Positions 27,321-40,065 of a DNA stretch of 64,000 nt are shown here, in pieces; within the stretch, counting starts at the first letter, position 1, and each line of letters opens with the position of its first letter. The stretch is taken from assembly GCA_009914755.4 (NCBI GenBank), contig CP068257.2, positions 16,736,001 to 16,800,000 on the forward strand, read 5' to 3'. Source of the DNA: the human T2T-CHM13v2.0 reference genome, Homo sapiens. The position numbers and the translations under genes were made by a program. The notes beneath the pieces are model-generated. The model saw only the letters and a list, made by a program, of their open reading frames with translations. It did not search any database and was not told where the DNA came from.

Positions 27321-30300
27321 ATAATTCTACCAACTGAAGAGAAAAATCTCTCAAATTTTTAAAGATGTGTAAAGCAACAACCACCTGTCTACATGCATAC
27401 CAGTCAGTGTAAGTGAGTTGTGTATGTCTCTTTGGCAAAATTATGTCTCTATACATTAAGTATCATTAAAAGGGTAGTTAATCTTTAAGAAGATATAAAT
27501 GAGTAAAGATGCCTAGAGTTGTAAATGTTAACTACCTGAACAGGCCATTTGCCAAGGTGAATCAAATTAAATTCATGTTGTAAACAAAAGACATTTTATC
27601 ATTTTGAGAACTATTAAGAAAAATGTGAAATTCATGACAGACAAATTAGTCACTAGGCACATGCATCTGATATTCATAGAGAGAGTTCCTAACAGATCAA
27701 CCTTCTACCCTCTGACTCAGATGATTCTTAAGACACTTCTCTTATATGTTGATATAGACCTTCTAAAAATAACTTTTAGGTGCAGATGTATATAAAGCCT
27801 AACATATATATACTCTCTCTGTGTACATATACATATACATGTATTCCTTATGGAAACAATCAAAAGTGTTGCAAACTTTGTTATGTCACCCAGGTGAAGT
27901 TATGCAATGTAAGGCAGTATTACATAAGGGAAAGTACACTTAAACAAGGCGTTCTATGGCTACTCTTTATGGCCTTGTGCAGTTATTAATGAATGGTAGT
28001 ACCTGTCATAAGAGGAATAAAATATGTGTTTCTATTCTAAGAAAATAGTCTGGGTGGGGAAGACATTGCTCACTTGCCCTGGACTTTATCTCTTTAAATA
28101 TGCCAATTAGAACAAGAGAACAGGTTAAGATAATCATAGTTATAGTTGTAGATATATGCTTTATGGAAAAATCAAAGTCATTTTCTGATAATTAAATTAC
28201 GGTTTAGCATTGGGATTATTCACACCATGAATAATGATGAGTTCAGGAACTTTAAAACACAAAAATTAAAACTAAATAAAACCGAATCTATTCTGAAGTA
28301 AACCAATGTGACTTTTATTCTGGTAAATAAAACTGGCAGGAGGTAAGAAAGTTTTAGATTGGAAACCCCTAACACACTGAAATTGTGGCATATTATAATG
28401 GGCTAAGATGAACAGTAGCTGCTTTTCTTCTTCTTTACCCATGAAAGAAGAGAATTGCCTGTTGCCCCCAAACTCAAGAATTTTTGCTGATAAAAATAGA
28501 ATTATGAGTAAACAAATGTATTTCATTGAAAATATTTATATTTTTAGCTAATTGACTTAAATATATATATGAAATATATATATGAAATCAGAGACACCAC
28601 TTATGGACTTGGGAGAAGTTTATTTTATTTATATTCTAGGGGACAATTACAATAGGCCAGACCCTCTGATAAAATTGGAACCTACAAAAAGCGCCTCTTG
28701 AATTTGGAAAGCCAAAGTGAAAGCACAATGACTGTTTTCTTTGTATGGCTAGTGCAGAAGCAAACCCTTTTTAGAATATCATATAGCGCTTTAAGTTACA
28801 TTTCTTTTGACTTTATAGAAGGAAAGCAGAAGACAGTGAGTTCACATGTCTGCTTCAAGCATAGCATGGATTAATGGATAAAATATTAGATTGAAAGCCC
28901 AAAATAATGCATTTAGTTTCAGAAACAAAACTTTCACTTTCGATCACAAATTCTCCTCAAATAATGTTTTAAATAATTATATTTAGTATCAAGCAAATGA
29001 GTGAAAGAATAGCTTTTTTAAAGAAGGCAATAATTTATGGAGGACAGACTGAAATTAAACAAACAGATGAATGTGAAAAATCAAATCACATATCTTGAAA
29101 TTTTTTGAAAAGTTATTAAAATAAAACAGGACTTGCCCTATCAGGTAACAAAACTCGTTACAAAGCTGTGATATAAAGAGAGTGTTGTATCAGTCCCAGC
29201 AAAGAAAACTGTCTCAGCGGAATTAAGTGCCCATAAGTGTGATTTGCATATGGAAACTTCATATATGAAAAACGTAGGGCATTAATAATAGGTTAGAAAA
29301 GAGTGGCTCTTCAATACATAGCGCCGCATTGATTTGTTCTCCATCTTCACATGAAGAACTTCAGATCTTCATCTCACACCGTGAAGAGACATAAATTCCA
29401 GGTGGATTAAGCATATATAAAAAGCACGGAAAAATTTTAGAAGAAAATATAGAAGAATGTCTTTCTAATGATAAGGTATTGAAGGAATTTTTAGAAAAGG
29501 ATTCAAAAATAAAAGGAAAAATCATGAAGAACATTGATAAATTTAGCCAATAGTAACACTGACTTTTCTTTTTTTAAAACAAAGTGTATCTAAAAAATAA
29601 AACCCTAAGCCACAGACTTGTGTTTTTTTCTTTATAATTTTTTTCAAACTGCATATGTTTTCATTCAGCTATGACAGAATTGAACTGAGGCAAAAATTTT
29701 GGTATGAGGTACTTACATTTATTTTAAAGGCAGTCCAGAAAACCTCCATGAGAAGGGCTGGGAAGTGAAGAGATGGAGGGTGATAAAGCCAGTGAAGACT
29801 GGGTGTGATCAAGCCAGTTACCATCATAGGCATCTGGAACATAAGTCTGCTTGGGACCTGCGTGAGACAGTGGGAACGCGTGTCAGAGCTATCCCACTTA
29901 GGGGGAAATAGAGTGGAATATTCATTTGCCAAAAAGCCATGCTCATTGGTTGAGGTTAGCTTCTGGGACGTCAAGTCTGGCACTTCGAGTTACTCTGTGT
30001 GAGTAGAACATCCAGGGAAGCTGACTTCAGTGTGCAGAGATGAATGAGAGGGCCTGTGAGTATAGAATCCTTACAATAGCTGCTATGGCTTACAAATAAA
30101 AAACACTCTTCAGAGATTAAAGAGATTTTCTATTGACTAACAGATAAAAGACAAGTAGCAGGCAATTGACAAAAAGGGCAAAACCAAACAAAAAAGAAAG
30201 AAAACAGGAGCACACAAATGTCTATAGGTGGTCAATGTTAGTAGTAGTTATGGAATTCTAATAAAAATAAAAAACTGACCTTAGACATATAAGCAAAAAT

Positions 30301-31099
30301 TAAAAGCCTTAGCAATACTTAGTAGTGTCATTCATCGCTTGTCTGAGTGAAGATTCAAATAATCAAGTTGAATAGCAATTTGGTTAATATCTAGAAAAAC
30401 TAAATGCACACATACAATCTGACCTCCAAATTCTCTTTCCAGTTAAATCTGGGACAAGTAGACAATGAGATAACATTCATTATAATACAATTATAATAAA
30501 ATTGTAAGCCCTACAAAATATAGGGAAAACTTAAGTGTTCATCAATAGGAAAATGAAAAAGTGAAGTGTATTATGTTTATAGAATAAAATGTTATACACA
30601 AGTTTAAAGTACATGAACTAAAGTTGTATGTACTAAACTAGAAATAATAAAACAAAATTATATGCAAAGAAACAAGTTTAGAGGGTTATATGTGATGTTG
30701 CACAGCCTAAAGTAGAAAAGAAAATCATTTGTTTAGTGATGCAATTCTGTGGATAAGAGTGTACCCGGAAACGATAAATAGAAAATCCGTATGATGGTTA
30801 CTTCTGAGGAGAAAAGGGGTTGGTTAATATAGAAATAGAACAACAAGGTGTATTTGTATTGCATTACTTCTGTTAAAATATTTGAAATACATTAATGAAC
30901 CACATAAACTTTGACACAGTTAGAGGAGTAGGACATGTGAGTTAATATTCTGCATTTTTAAAAAAATAGATCAAAAGTTAAAGGGGAGACATAAGATTGA
31001 AGTCTCTGTGGTATTATTAATAATTTTCATCTTACCAAATAATTATTAAAATTGAAAGAAACTTTATGTGCTAAACTTTCTTTTTCTTTTTTTCTTTTC

Positions 31100-31333
31100 T
31101 TTTTTTTTTTTTTTTTTGAGACAGTCTCATTCTGTCACCCAGGGTGGAGTGCAGTGACATGATCTTGGTTTACTACTAACTCTGCTTCCTGGGCTCAAGC
31201 AATCCTCCCACCTCAGCCTCCTGAGTATATGGGGCTAAAGGTGTGTGCCATCATGCCCAGATAATTTTCTCTTCCCCCGCTTTTTTCTTTTTGTAGAAAT
31301 GAGGTCTCACTTCGTTGTCCAGGCTGGACTTGA
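31100..31333 (-). mobile_element. Old Alu (AluJ-like) fragment, minus orientation, truncated (left monomer missing)
   Basis: poly-T then gagacagtctcattctgtcacccagggtggagtgcagtgacatgatcttgg...tgtagaaatgaggtctcacttcgttgtccaggctggacttgaa. Confidence 0.85.
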
Positions 31334-33461
31334 AGGAGCTTTTCTATTGTGAAAAGTGTAGAAGTTACAAAAATGTCCCCATTAGCCAAGTCACTGAATG
31401 CCCATAGGAGAATAAGATAATTATTTTAAACATATACTTGAGACATTTAACCGTATAAGATAAAACGCTTTATGTGAAGTGGAAACAAATGAATACATAT
31501 TTGGGATGGCAAATAAAGAGAATATACAGCTCTAGATAGGGAAGATCACTAACTTAAAGAAAATTTCAGTGAGTAAATTGTTGTGTACCATTTTGGTAAT
31601 AGGAATGACATATTCTGGTTAGGTGAATAATGAAGTAGAAAGAGACTTGAGGATAGTTGGGTATGGAGTGGGTGTAGCCAATGCTTTAGTTTTTGAGACT
31701 CCTAAAGGTGGATTATAATTATTTTTGCCTAGGGCAAATAAAAGGGTAAGAATAGAACAGAGAAGAAAATTAAGAGTCTGATAAGCTCTTGATAATGTTA
31801 TAGAAGCAAACAGACCATGTGCACAACATATAGTGTTCATTTGTTCACAAATAAGTGGTTTTATACTCTGACTGTATGAAGTAGCAGTAGAAATTGCAGA
31901 GTTCCTAAAGATTAAAGCCATGAACACTTCTGTGAAATTTCATTCACTGTTCAACACAAGATGAGAAAACCCAAACAGCTTTCACCTTTAAATAATTTTG
32001 TGTGGCTGGGTTGTAATCAGATAAATATCTCTAATACAGTTACATTTTTAGAAACTAATATAAAATAAGAAAATATGTATTCTTCGTCAAAAATACTTCT
32101 GGACATTTCAGAGACTTCTTTTTTCTCCAAAAATACCAGTGCCATAGTCAATGAACACTCCTAGGATTGATGGTTCCAAGTTGATATGAGCTTAAGAAAT
32201 ACACATTTGCTTTTCTCCAAGACTGGTAATTATTTCTTTGACTTTCTATATAATTTTAACATGTTATTCTGAGATCTAATTGGCAAATTCTTTGTATTTT
32301 AGGTTTTTAAAGGGGTGGTCATCTTTATTCACACACAGTCTGAGGACTATTTAATAAACATCTTAACTAGGCACAAAGGAGAAGGTGGACCTTTAAATAT
32401 TATTAAATGTCTTTATCATTGAGGATTCTTAAGTACTGCAATCTAAGAGATTTGCTTACTGGATATTTTTGTTTATTTTTTTGATCCTTGAAAAATTTGG
32501 CTGGATATAAAAATTTGGTGCTATTCTCTGGTACTGAATATTGAACTAGTCCTCCTTTATTGTTATAAAATAAAAGAGTTATAGTTGTAACGATCAATTC
32601 AATTTTAATTGAGTATGTATCATCATCAGTCAGGTTGTTTTAAAAAAAGAAGTGTGTTTAGAAGAGCTGCTGGATTCCATATTCCATGAGTTCATTCATA
32701 TGTGAGAAATCTTCCTCTTTCTTTTATACTTGACTGATAATATATTGATGCATGGGTAAGTGACAAGTTTTTTTTCCTTGGAATTCTGAAGATTTTTTTA
32801 ATAGTGTGTTTTTTTTTCTGCCACTGAACATAATTGTGCCAATGTATGATGCTAACCCTTTTTCTTACTTTTGTATGTGACATGTTTTATATCTGCCTGA
32901 ATGCTTACAGAATTATGTTTTCATACTTGAAGTTCAAAAGAGAGTAAATTGGCATTGATTATTCTGAATTAATCTTTCTTAGAATGTGATGTACCTTTTT
33001 CAGTTTCCCTTTTATCTCAGGAAAAAAATCCTTTATTAAAGCTTCAAATCTTTTTTTGTGTTTTTGTTGTTCAATTTACTAGAATTCATAATGGGGTTAG
33101 GGTCCAATTTTCCTTAGGATGAATTATCTTAGTCATTTATCTATATCTCTACTTTTCTTGTAATTATTTCATTATATCTGTATCTCTCTCATACATTTCA
33201 ATTATATGCAATGTTCAACTGTGTATTTCTGTTCTCTGCCATCCCTAATTTACAAATTTGTGTAATGCTGTTGCTTTGTTGTAATTGATTTTCATAATTA
33301 TAATCTTTCTATTTTATTCAAATTCTGGATTTTGTTACTGGGTTCTTATTGTCTTCAACTCATTTATTAAGTTTTAAAAGTAATAAATAGTACTGTTGAA
33401 AATTTTTCTTTGATTGAGTTTGCTTCCAAAATCAGTTTTTGGAAATATTTTCTATACAATC

Positions 33462-33610
33462 TCCCCCCCTTCCCCCCTTCACCCCTCCCTCCTTTCCCCC
33501 TTCCTTCCTTCCCTCCCTCCCTCCCTTCCCTCCCTCCCTCCCTTCCTTCCTTCTTCCCTCCCTCCCTCCCTTCCTTCCTTCCTTTCTTCCTTCCTTCCGT
33601 CTTTCCTTCT
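33462..33610. repeat. Polypyrimidine (CCCT)n/(CCTT)n simple repeat, ~150 bp
   Basis: All-pyrimidine plus strand. Explains ORFs 33410..33704 and 33432..33623. Confidence 0.95.
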
Positions 33611-36374
33611 TAGGTATATTCACATGTCTTCCACACTGTTTCTTTCCATCTGGTTCATGCTTGTCGTAGTCCTACCTGTGTTATTTTTCATTGTTTTCCC
33701 ATAGAGTAGGTTAATGTCCTTACATTTTTATGAGCTACAGTTTTGAAGAAATTAACCTGGATATGCATTTTTTTTTTTTTTGCAATTTAAGTGGTTAGAG
33801 AAAGGTTTTGAGGCAGGAGTATAAATTCACATGAGGCTGTATACAGCCTTCTTTTGATGGCCCATATTTCCTTCTCTTTTCTGCAATTTTGTTAAAAATC
33901 CTGTACAAAGGTTCCTTTGTACTAATGTGAGGTTTATTCTATCTGTGAATGTGTGTGGGATGCCACTGGGATGCCACTGTGCTACATACTATTCTCTACA
34001 ATTTAATGAGTAGCATTAAGAATTGACAAACTCCTAATGGCTCCTCCCATCTCCACTGGGATCCTGTAGCAGTCACTGATCCCTAGGGTTTGCTAGTCCT
34101 CAGATATTTTCCCTATCTTTATTTCAGGTTGCCTGCTTACCAGTCACCTGTTTTTCTACAGACTGCAAAATATTAATGAAAATTAGAACTTTTTTGAGTT
34201 TCTTTTCAGCAAAATGATGGGGAGGGGAGAGTTTGTAGATGAATAATAGAAAAAAAAAAGAGCCATGTTGAATTCCCTACTATTTTTGTTATTGGATGGA
34301 GTGTATGCCTCAACTTTATTTTTCTATTTGTTTTTTGTTTTCCTGTTGATGAGTTTTTGTGATTTTTTGACTGGTTTGAAACCAGTTTATAAAATCGAAT
34401 TATATTCTGGAGAAGGAGGTTTTAAGCTTCAGCTCCACTCAAATTTTATTCAAAAGTCCATGTAACTTCTGACCTAAAGAACTAAAGACTATGCCAATTT
34501 TATTCAACTTAAGGATATATCAACTTTATTCAGCCAGAATAATACCTAAATATTAATATAGATGTTATAAAACCTCACTGGCTCTAAGATTGTATGCATG
34601 GACAATATCATTAGTTATTTTATCTACACTATTAAAAATACTACCAAATCTAGTATTTAGCTGATTACTACTTTACAGAAGGATACAAGAAAACTGAAAA
34701 TTCACAAACTAAAAATGCTTTAAATTAATAATAATCTCTTGCATTGTTTACAATCCCATTAAACAGCAGTTACATTCCTCTGCTACTTCTAGGTTAATCA
34801 TAAAGGAAGTCCTTAAGTATGATACATGCTAGAATATTCTTTTTGAAATATTTTAATTACTAAAAAGTGTATTTGCCATTCAAAAGGATGGTGTGTTGTG
34901 AAAAATATCACTAGACATGTTGACAGAAGACCCAGCTGTATATATAAGGATTGACACTTACTAGGTATTCTTAGGCATTTTGTTAAAACTTTTTTTTTTT
35001 TGAGCTTCAGTTTTCTACTTTAGAGAACAAAGTTATTGATCTTAAAATCACTTTCCTTTCTACAATTTTATGACTTCATGATTTTTATGGTTCCTTCCAA
35101 AGGAAAGTATATGATTTATGTCTCTTTACATTAAAAAGTCTTTTTTTCCCTGAGATTTGTTTCAGATATTCACCTAAAAATCACCTATGTGAGACTATCT
35201 TTTAAAACATTTTCTGAAGATCTTCTCCTTCATATCTCCCACTGACCTTTCATTCTCTTTGCAATTCCTTTTTATCCTCCTCTTGTCTGACTACAGTGAA
35301 ACCATATTTACTTTCCCTTTGCTAATGCAAATTCTTGCTTCCTCGCCCTTCATCCTTTGTTCCCACTCCACATGTGGTTTTTTACCTTGCCATATGAAAG
35401 TCACTCTCACCAAGCATATTTCCCTAATCTACTTTTGTCTGTAAAGTGGATTATGAAACTTTTGAATGAAAGGCATTATACCAGAACATGCTAAACCGCA
35501 TAGCACTTAACTCTTCTGAAGGGAAGAACTCTATTCATGGCAGTATTCAAAAATAGACCTGTATTTCGGGGAAGAAACACGAACCAGGCTGGGAAAGATT
35601 GCTTTTTCCTCGTAGGGGTTACCACACTTTTTACAGCATCCTACTTGGTTAGTAGGAAGCTTTGAAAAAAATATCAGCATGTTCTTCCCAATCAGCTGCT
35701 AGTTTAGATCATTTTCAAAGAAATCCCCTGTGTATCCAGAATCCTAACCAATTCACAATTCTATGATTTCAGATTGTTGTGCCAGCCACATCTGTAGCTC
35801 AGGCAAGATTTATCTTCTCACCATGTTACTTTTTAACTTTAATAATCCTAGTGCCCAGAGGTCAAAAGATTATTTGATATTGAAAGAGAGTGAGCCTACT
35901 TGTCAGATTTTCTCAATGCTCTTTTATCTAATTTCCCTGCTATCATCACCAAAGTGTTATACCAACATTTACTTTGTCCACAGAATCAGTTTTCCACATC
36001 CGCTTGCTAAGTTCTGTCTTAACACAATTCCAGGAAGCTTGTTCTGTTTTCTTTTCTAAGCGAAAGAATAAAAATAAAATCCAATTAGGAGATCACCGAA
36101 TTAAAGAACTAAAAGTTCCTGACATGGTTTGGACCTCTAAATTCCCAAGTAAAAATTTGCATTTCATGTTTCTGACTATGTCTTTTTAGCCACCATCCAA
36201 ATAAATTCATTGGGTAATATTTCGTACTAGGTAAATACATAGCTTCTTTGCTGCTGTTTTATTTTTAACGATGTCAGTTTCGAGAACAAAGTGGCCAGGT
36301 ATGTAGTGTGATTTTGCTTAAATAATTTGTACTGTACCTAGAATTATGTGTTTGATTAATGTGTCTAGTAACCC

Positions 36375-36397
36375 TGCTGCTGCTGCTGCTGCTGCTG
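36375..36397. repeat. (CTG)7-8 trinucleotide repeat
   Basis: ctgctgctgctgctgctgctgctg. Confidence 0.9.
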
Positions 36398-36842
36398 AGT
36401 TGGGTCCATTAACATTAAAAATAAAATAACTCACAAAAACCAGGAAGGCTGCATTATTAAGTCATTTTTTTACGACAGGGAAGTCAATGACAGAAGCATG
36501 ACCCTGGTAAAATTGGTTAGGTGTAGGGAATTAAACGGCATAATAACATGTTCAGTTAAATTCCTTACATTAGATCCTTGGAAACGTTGTGTAAAAATAA
36601 GATAAATTTTAAATAAATATAATTGTGGTGGTGATCATTCTCTATCTGTATTCATTCTTCCCTTTCGCCTTTTAGAGACGAAACTAACTGAATTTTACCT
36701 GTGCACCACAAGCTACCTGCCCTAGTTTTCAATCTTTCTTCAGTTTAGATGTGGTCATGTGTAGGTTGCTTTTTCAATAAAATTGTAACTATGAGTTTGA
36801 ATTAGAAATTTAAGTGTAATTCATAATGCATTTTCCCCTTCC

Positions 36843-37069
36843 TGCCTTCCCTCCCTCCCTCCCTTCCTCTTCCTTCCTTCCTTTTCTCTCTCTTTCTTCC
36901 TTCCTTTCTTTCTTTCTCTTTCTTTTTCTTTTTCTTTCTTTCTTTTCTTTCTTTTCTTTCTTTTCCTTCCTTCCTTCCTTCCTTCCTTCCTTCCTTCCTT
37001 CCTTCCTTCCTTCCTTCCTTCCTTTCCTTCCTTCCTTCCTTTCTTTCTATCTTTCTTCTTTCTTTCTTT
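36843..37069. repeat. Polypyrimidine (TTCC)n/(CTTT)n simple repeat, ~225 bp. Includes ~17 perfect TTCC units (= GGAA on minus) at ~36961-37030
   Basis: ttccttccttccttcc... explains ORFs 36821..37078(-) and 36826..37089(+). Confidence 0.95.
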
Positions 37070-37089
37070 CAGATGCATTATGTGTCTAA

Positions 37090-37602
<513 letters not shown>

Positions 37603-37784
37603 TAATTAAAATAATTTGTTTACAAAGTGCTTACTTGTTTATGTGATAGTAGTAATTATTTAGCTATAATATTTTAATGACATGCTTTTTCTTCCAGTAA
37701 CTATTTCAGCATAGAAATATTATAGACTTAAGGAATGCATAGAAACTTAATAGACTGTCATTAGAATGTTAAGATATTATTTCT

Positions 37785-39470
37785 CCTTTTTATTTCCTTT
37801 AATTTTTTAAAATTCTTACAATTTAAGGTGTTTATACTCCATTTTTAACAGTTTTTTTTAAGATACACACCACTGCACATATTTAATGTATACAATTTGA
37901 TGAGTTCAGACAAATGCCAACAATGTAAAATCATCACCATAATCAAGGAATAGACATGTCCTAACAGCTCCCATTTTCTTTGTGTCCCTTTACTTCTTGT
38001 GTGTGTGTGAGTGTGTGATTTTTGAACATAACGTGAGCTTTCAACTCTTTCTTACCAAATTTTGAAATGCACAATATCATATTGTTAACTCTAGGCACTA
38101 TGTTATACAGCAAATTTCTATAACCAGTTTATCTTGCATAATTACAATTTTATACATATCGAATTCTTCATTTGCCCAACTCTGCAGCCCTTGGCAATCA
38201 TTATTGTATTGTCTGCTTCTATGAGTTTGACTATTGTAGATACCTCATATAATTAGAATCATGAATTATTTTTTCCTGTGTGAGTGGCTTATTTCACTTA
38301 GCATAATGCGTTCCAGGTTCATCCACGTTGTTGCAAAAAGCAGAATTTCCTTCCCTTTTAAGGCTGAATAATAATCCATTTTATGCATATATCACATGCT
38401 TCTTTATCCATTTATCTGTCAAAGGACACTTAAGTTGTTTCCATATCTTGGCTACCGTGAATAATGTTGTAATAAACGTGGGACAGAGATGCAGATATCT
38501 CTTTGTGACCCTGATTTCAATTTCTTGGGATATATACCCAGAAGTGGGATTTCTAGATCATATGGTAGCTCTATTTAAAAATTTTTAAGGACCTCCGTAC
38601 TGTTTTCCATAGCTGTTGCATCATGTTACATTCCTACAAACACTGTATAAGTGTTTCAATTTTTCTACCTTCTTGCTAGCCCTTATCTGTTTTTTTTTGA
38701 CAGTAGACACCCTAAAGGTGTGAGGTAATATCATTCATTGTAGTTTCGATTTGTATTTCCCTGATGATTAGACATTTTGAGCACTTTTTTACACACCTGC
38801 TGGCCATTTCTGTGTCTTCTTTGGAGAAATGTCTATCAGGGTGCATGCCCATTTTTAAATTCAGGTTACTTGTCTTTTTGCTATTGATTTGTGAGTTCCT
38901 TATATAGTTTTGAAATGTATCCCTTATCAGATGTTCGTTTTGCAAATGTTTTCTCCTATTCTATAGGTTGCCTTTCAATCTGTTGCTTCCTTTCCTGCAC
39001 AGGAGCTTTTTAGTTTGACATAGTCCCACTTCTCTAGTTTTGCTTTTATGTTCTATGATTTTAGTGCCATAGTCAAGAAATCTTTGCCAAGACCAATGCC
39101 AAGAAGGTATTCCCCTATGTTTTCTTCTAGAAGTTTGACAGTTCAGATCTTATGTTTAAGTCTTTAGTCCATTTTTGTTTGATTTTTGTGAGTGGTGTAA
39201 GGCAGAGATCTATTTTTGTTTTTTTGAAGGTAGTGTCTAGTTTTCCCAGTTCTACTTTTTGAAGAAATTATACTTCCTTACCCATTGTGTATCCTTAGCA
39301 CTGTTGCTAAAGATGGGTTGACCATATATGTATGAGTTTACAGCTGGTCTCTTTATTTTGTTCCACTTAATATATCTGTCTTTATGCTAGTACCATACTG
39401 TTTTAATTACTATGGTTTCTACCACTTCTATTCTGTAAAGTCCTGGAAGTCTTAGCCAGAACCATTAGGT
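37785..39470 (-). mobile_element. LINE-1 (older L1PB/L1MA-like) 3' segment, minus orientation: 3' UTR plus ORF2 3' portion (approx L1 nt ~4800 to the 3' end)
   Basis: Reverse complement of the L1 3' UTR (...tctatgagtttgactattgtagatacctcatataattagaatcatg...) and ORF2 3' end (...tggcttatttcacttagcataatg..., ...gggatatatacccagaagtgggatttctagatcatatggtagctctatttttaa..., ...tttgatttgtatttccctgatgattagacattttgagc...). Confidence 0.85.
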
Positions 39471-40065
39471 AAGAGAAAGAAATAGAAGGAATCAAAATTG
39501 TAAAGGAACAGAATAAAATGTTCTCTGTTTGTAGATGACATCATCTTGTGTGTAGAGAACCCTAAAACTCCACCTACACAAAATGTTAGAACTAATAAAC
39601 AAATTGAGTAAATATGCAGGATACAAAATCAACGTACAAAAAATCAGTTGTATTTCAAAACATTAACAAGGAACCATTCTAAAAATAAGCTAAAAAACAA
39701 TTCCATTTACAATAGCATAAAAATCATACAATATTTAGAAATAAGCATGGGGGTGAAATACTTATACAACGAAAACTGCAAAACATTGATGACGGAAATT
39801 AAAGGAGACACAGATAAATGAAAAAAAACATGGCTTTCTATGGATTGGACGACTTAATATTGTTGAAATATAAATATTAGCCAAATTGATCTACAGGTGA
39901 AATGCTATATTCATCAAAATCCTAATGGTGTTTTTTACAGAAATAGAGAAAAGAATCCTAAATTTCATTTGGAACCACAAAAGACCCAGAGTAGCCGAAG
40001 AGATCTTGAGAAAGAAGAGCAAAGCTGGAGACATCACACTTCTTGACTTTATACTCCATTTTAAA
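39470..40065 (+). mobile_element. LINE-1 ORF2 segment (approx L1 nt ~4235-4795), plus orientation, abutting the minus-oriented 3' segment. This is the inverted 5' part of a twin-primed L1
   Basis: ggaatcaaaattgtaaaggaacagaataaaatgttctctgtttgtagatgacatcatcttgtgtgtagagaaccctaaaactcc...gatacaaaatcaacgtacaaaaaatcagttg...aaagctggagacatcacacttcttgac. Colinear with the ORF2 region upstream of the segment at 37785-39470. Confidence 0.8.
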
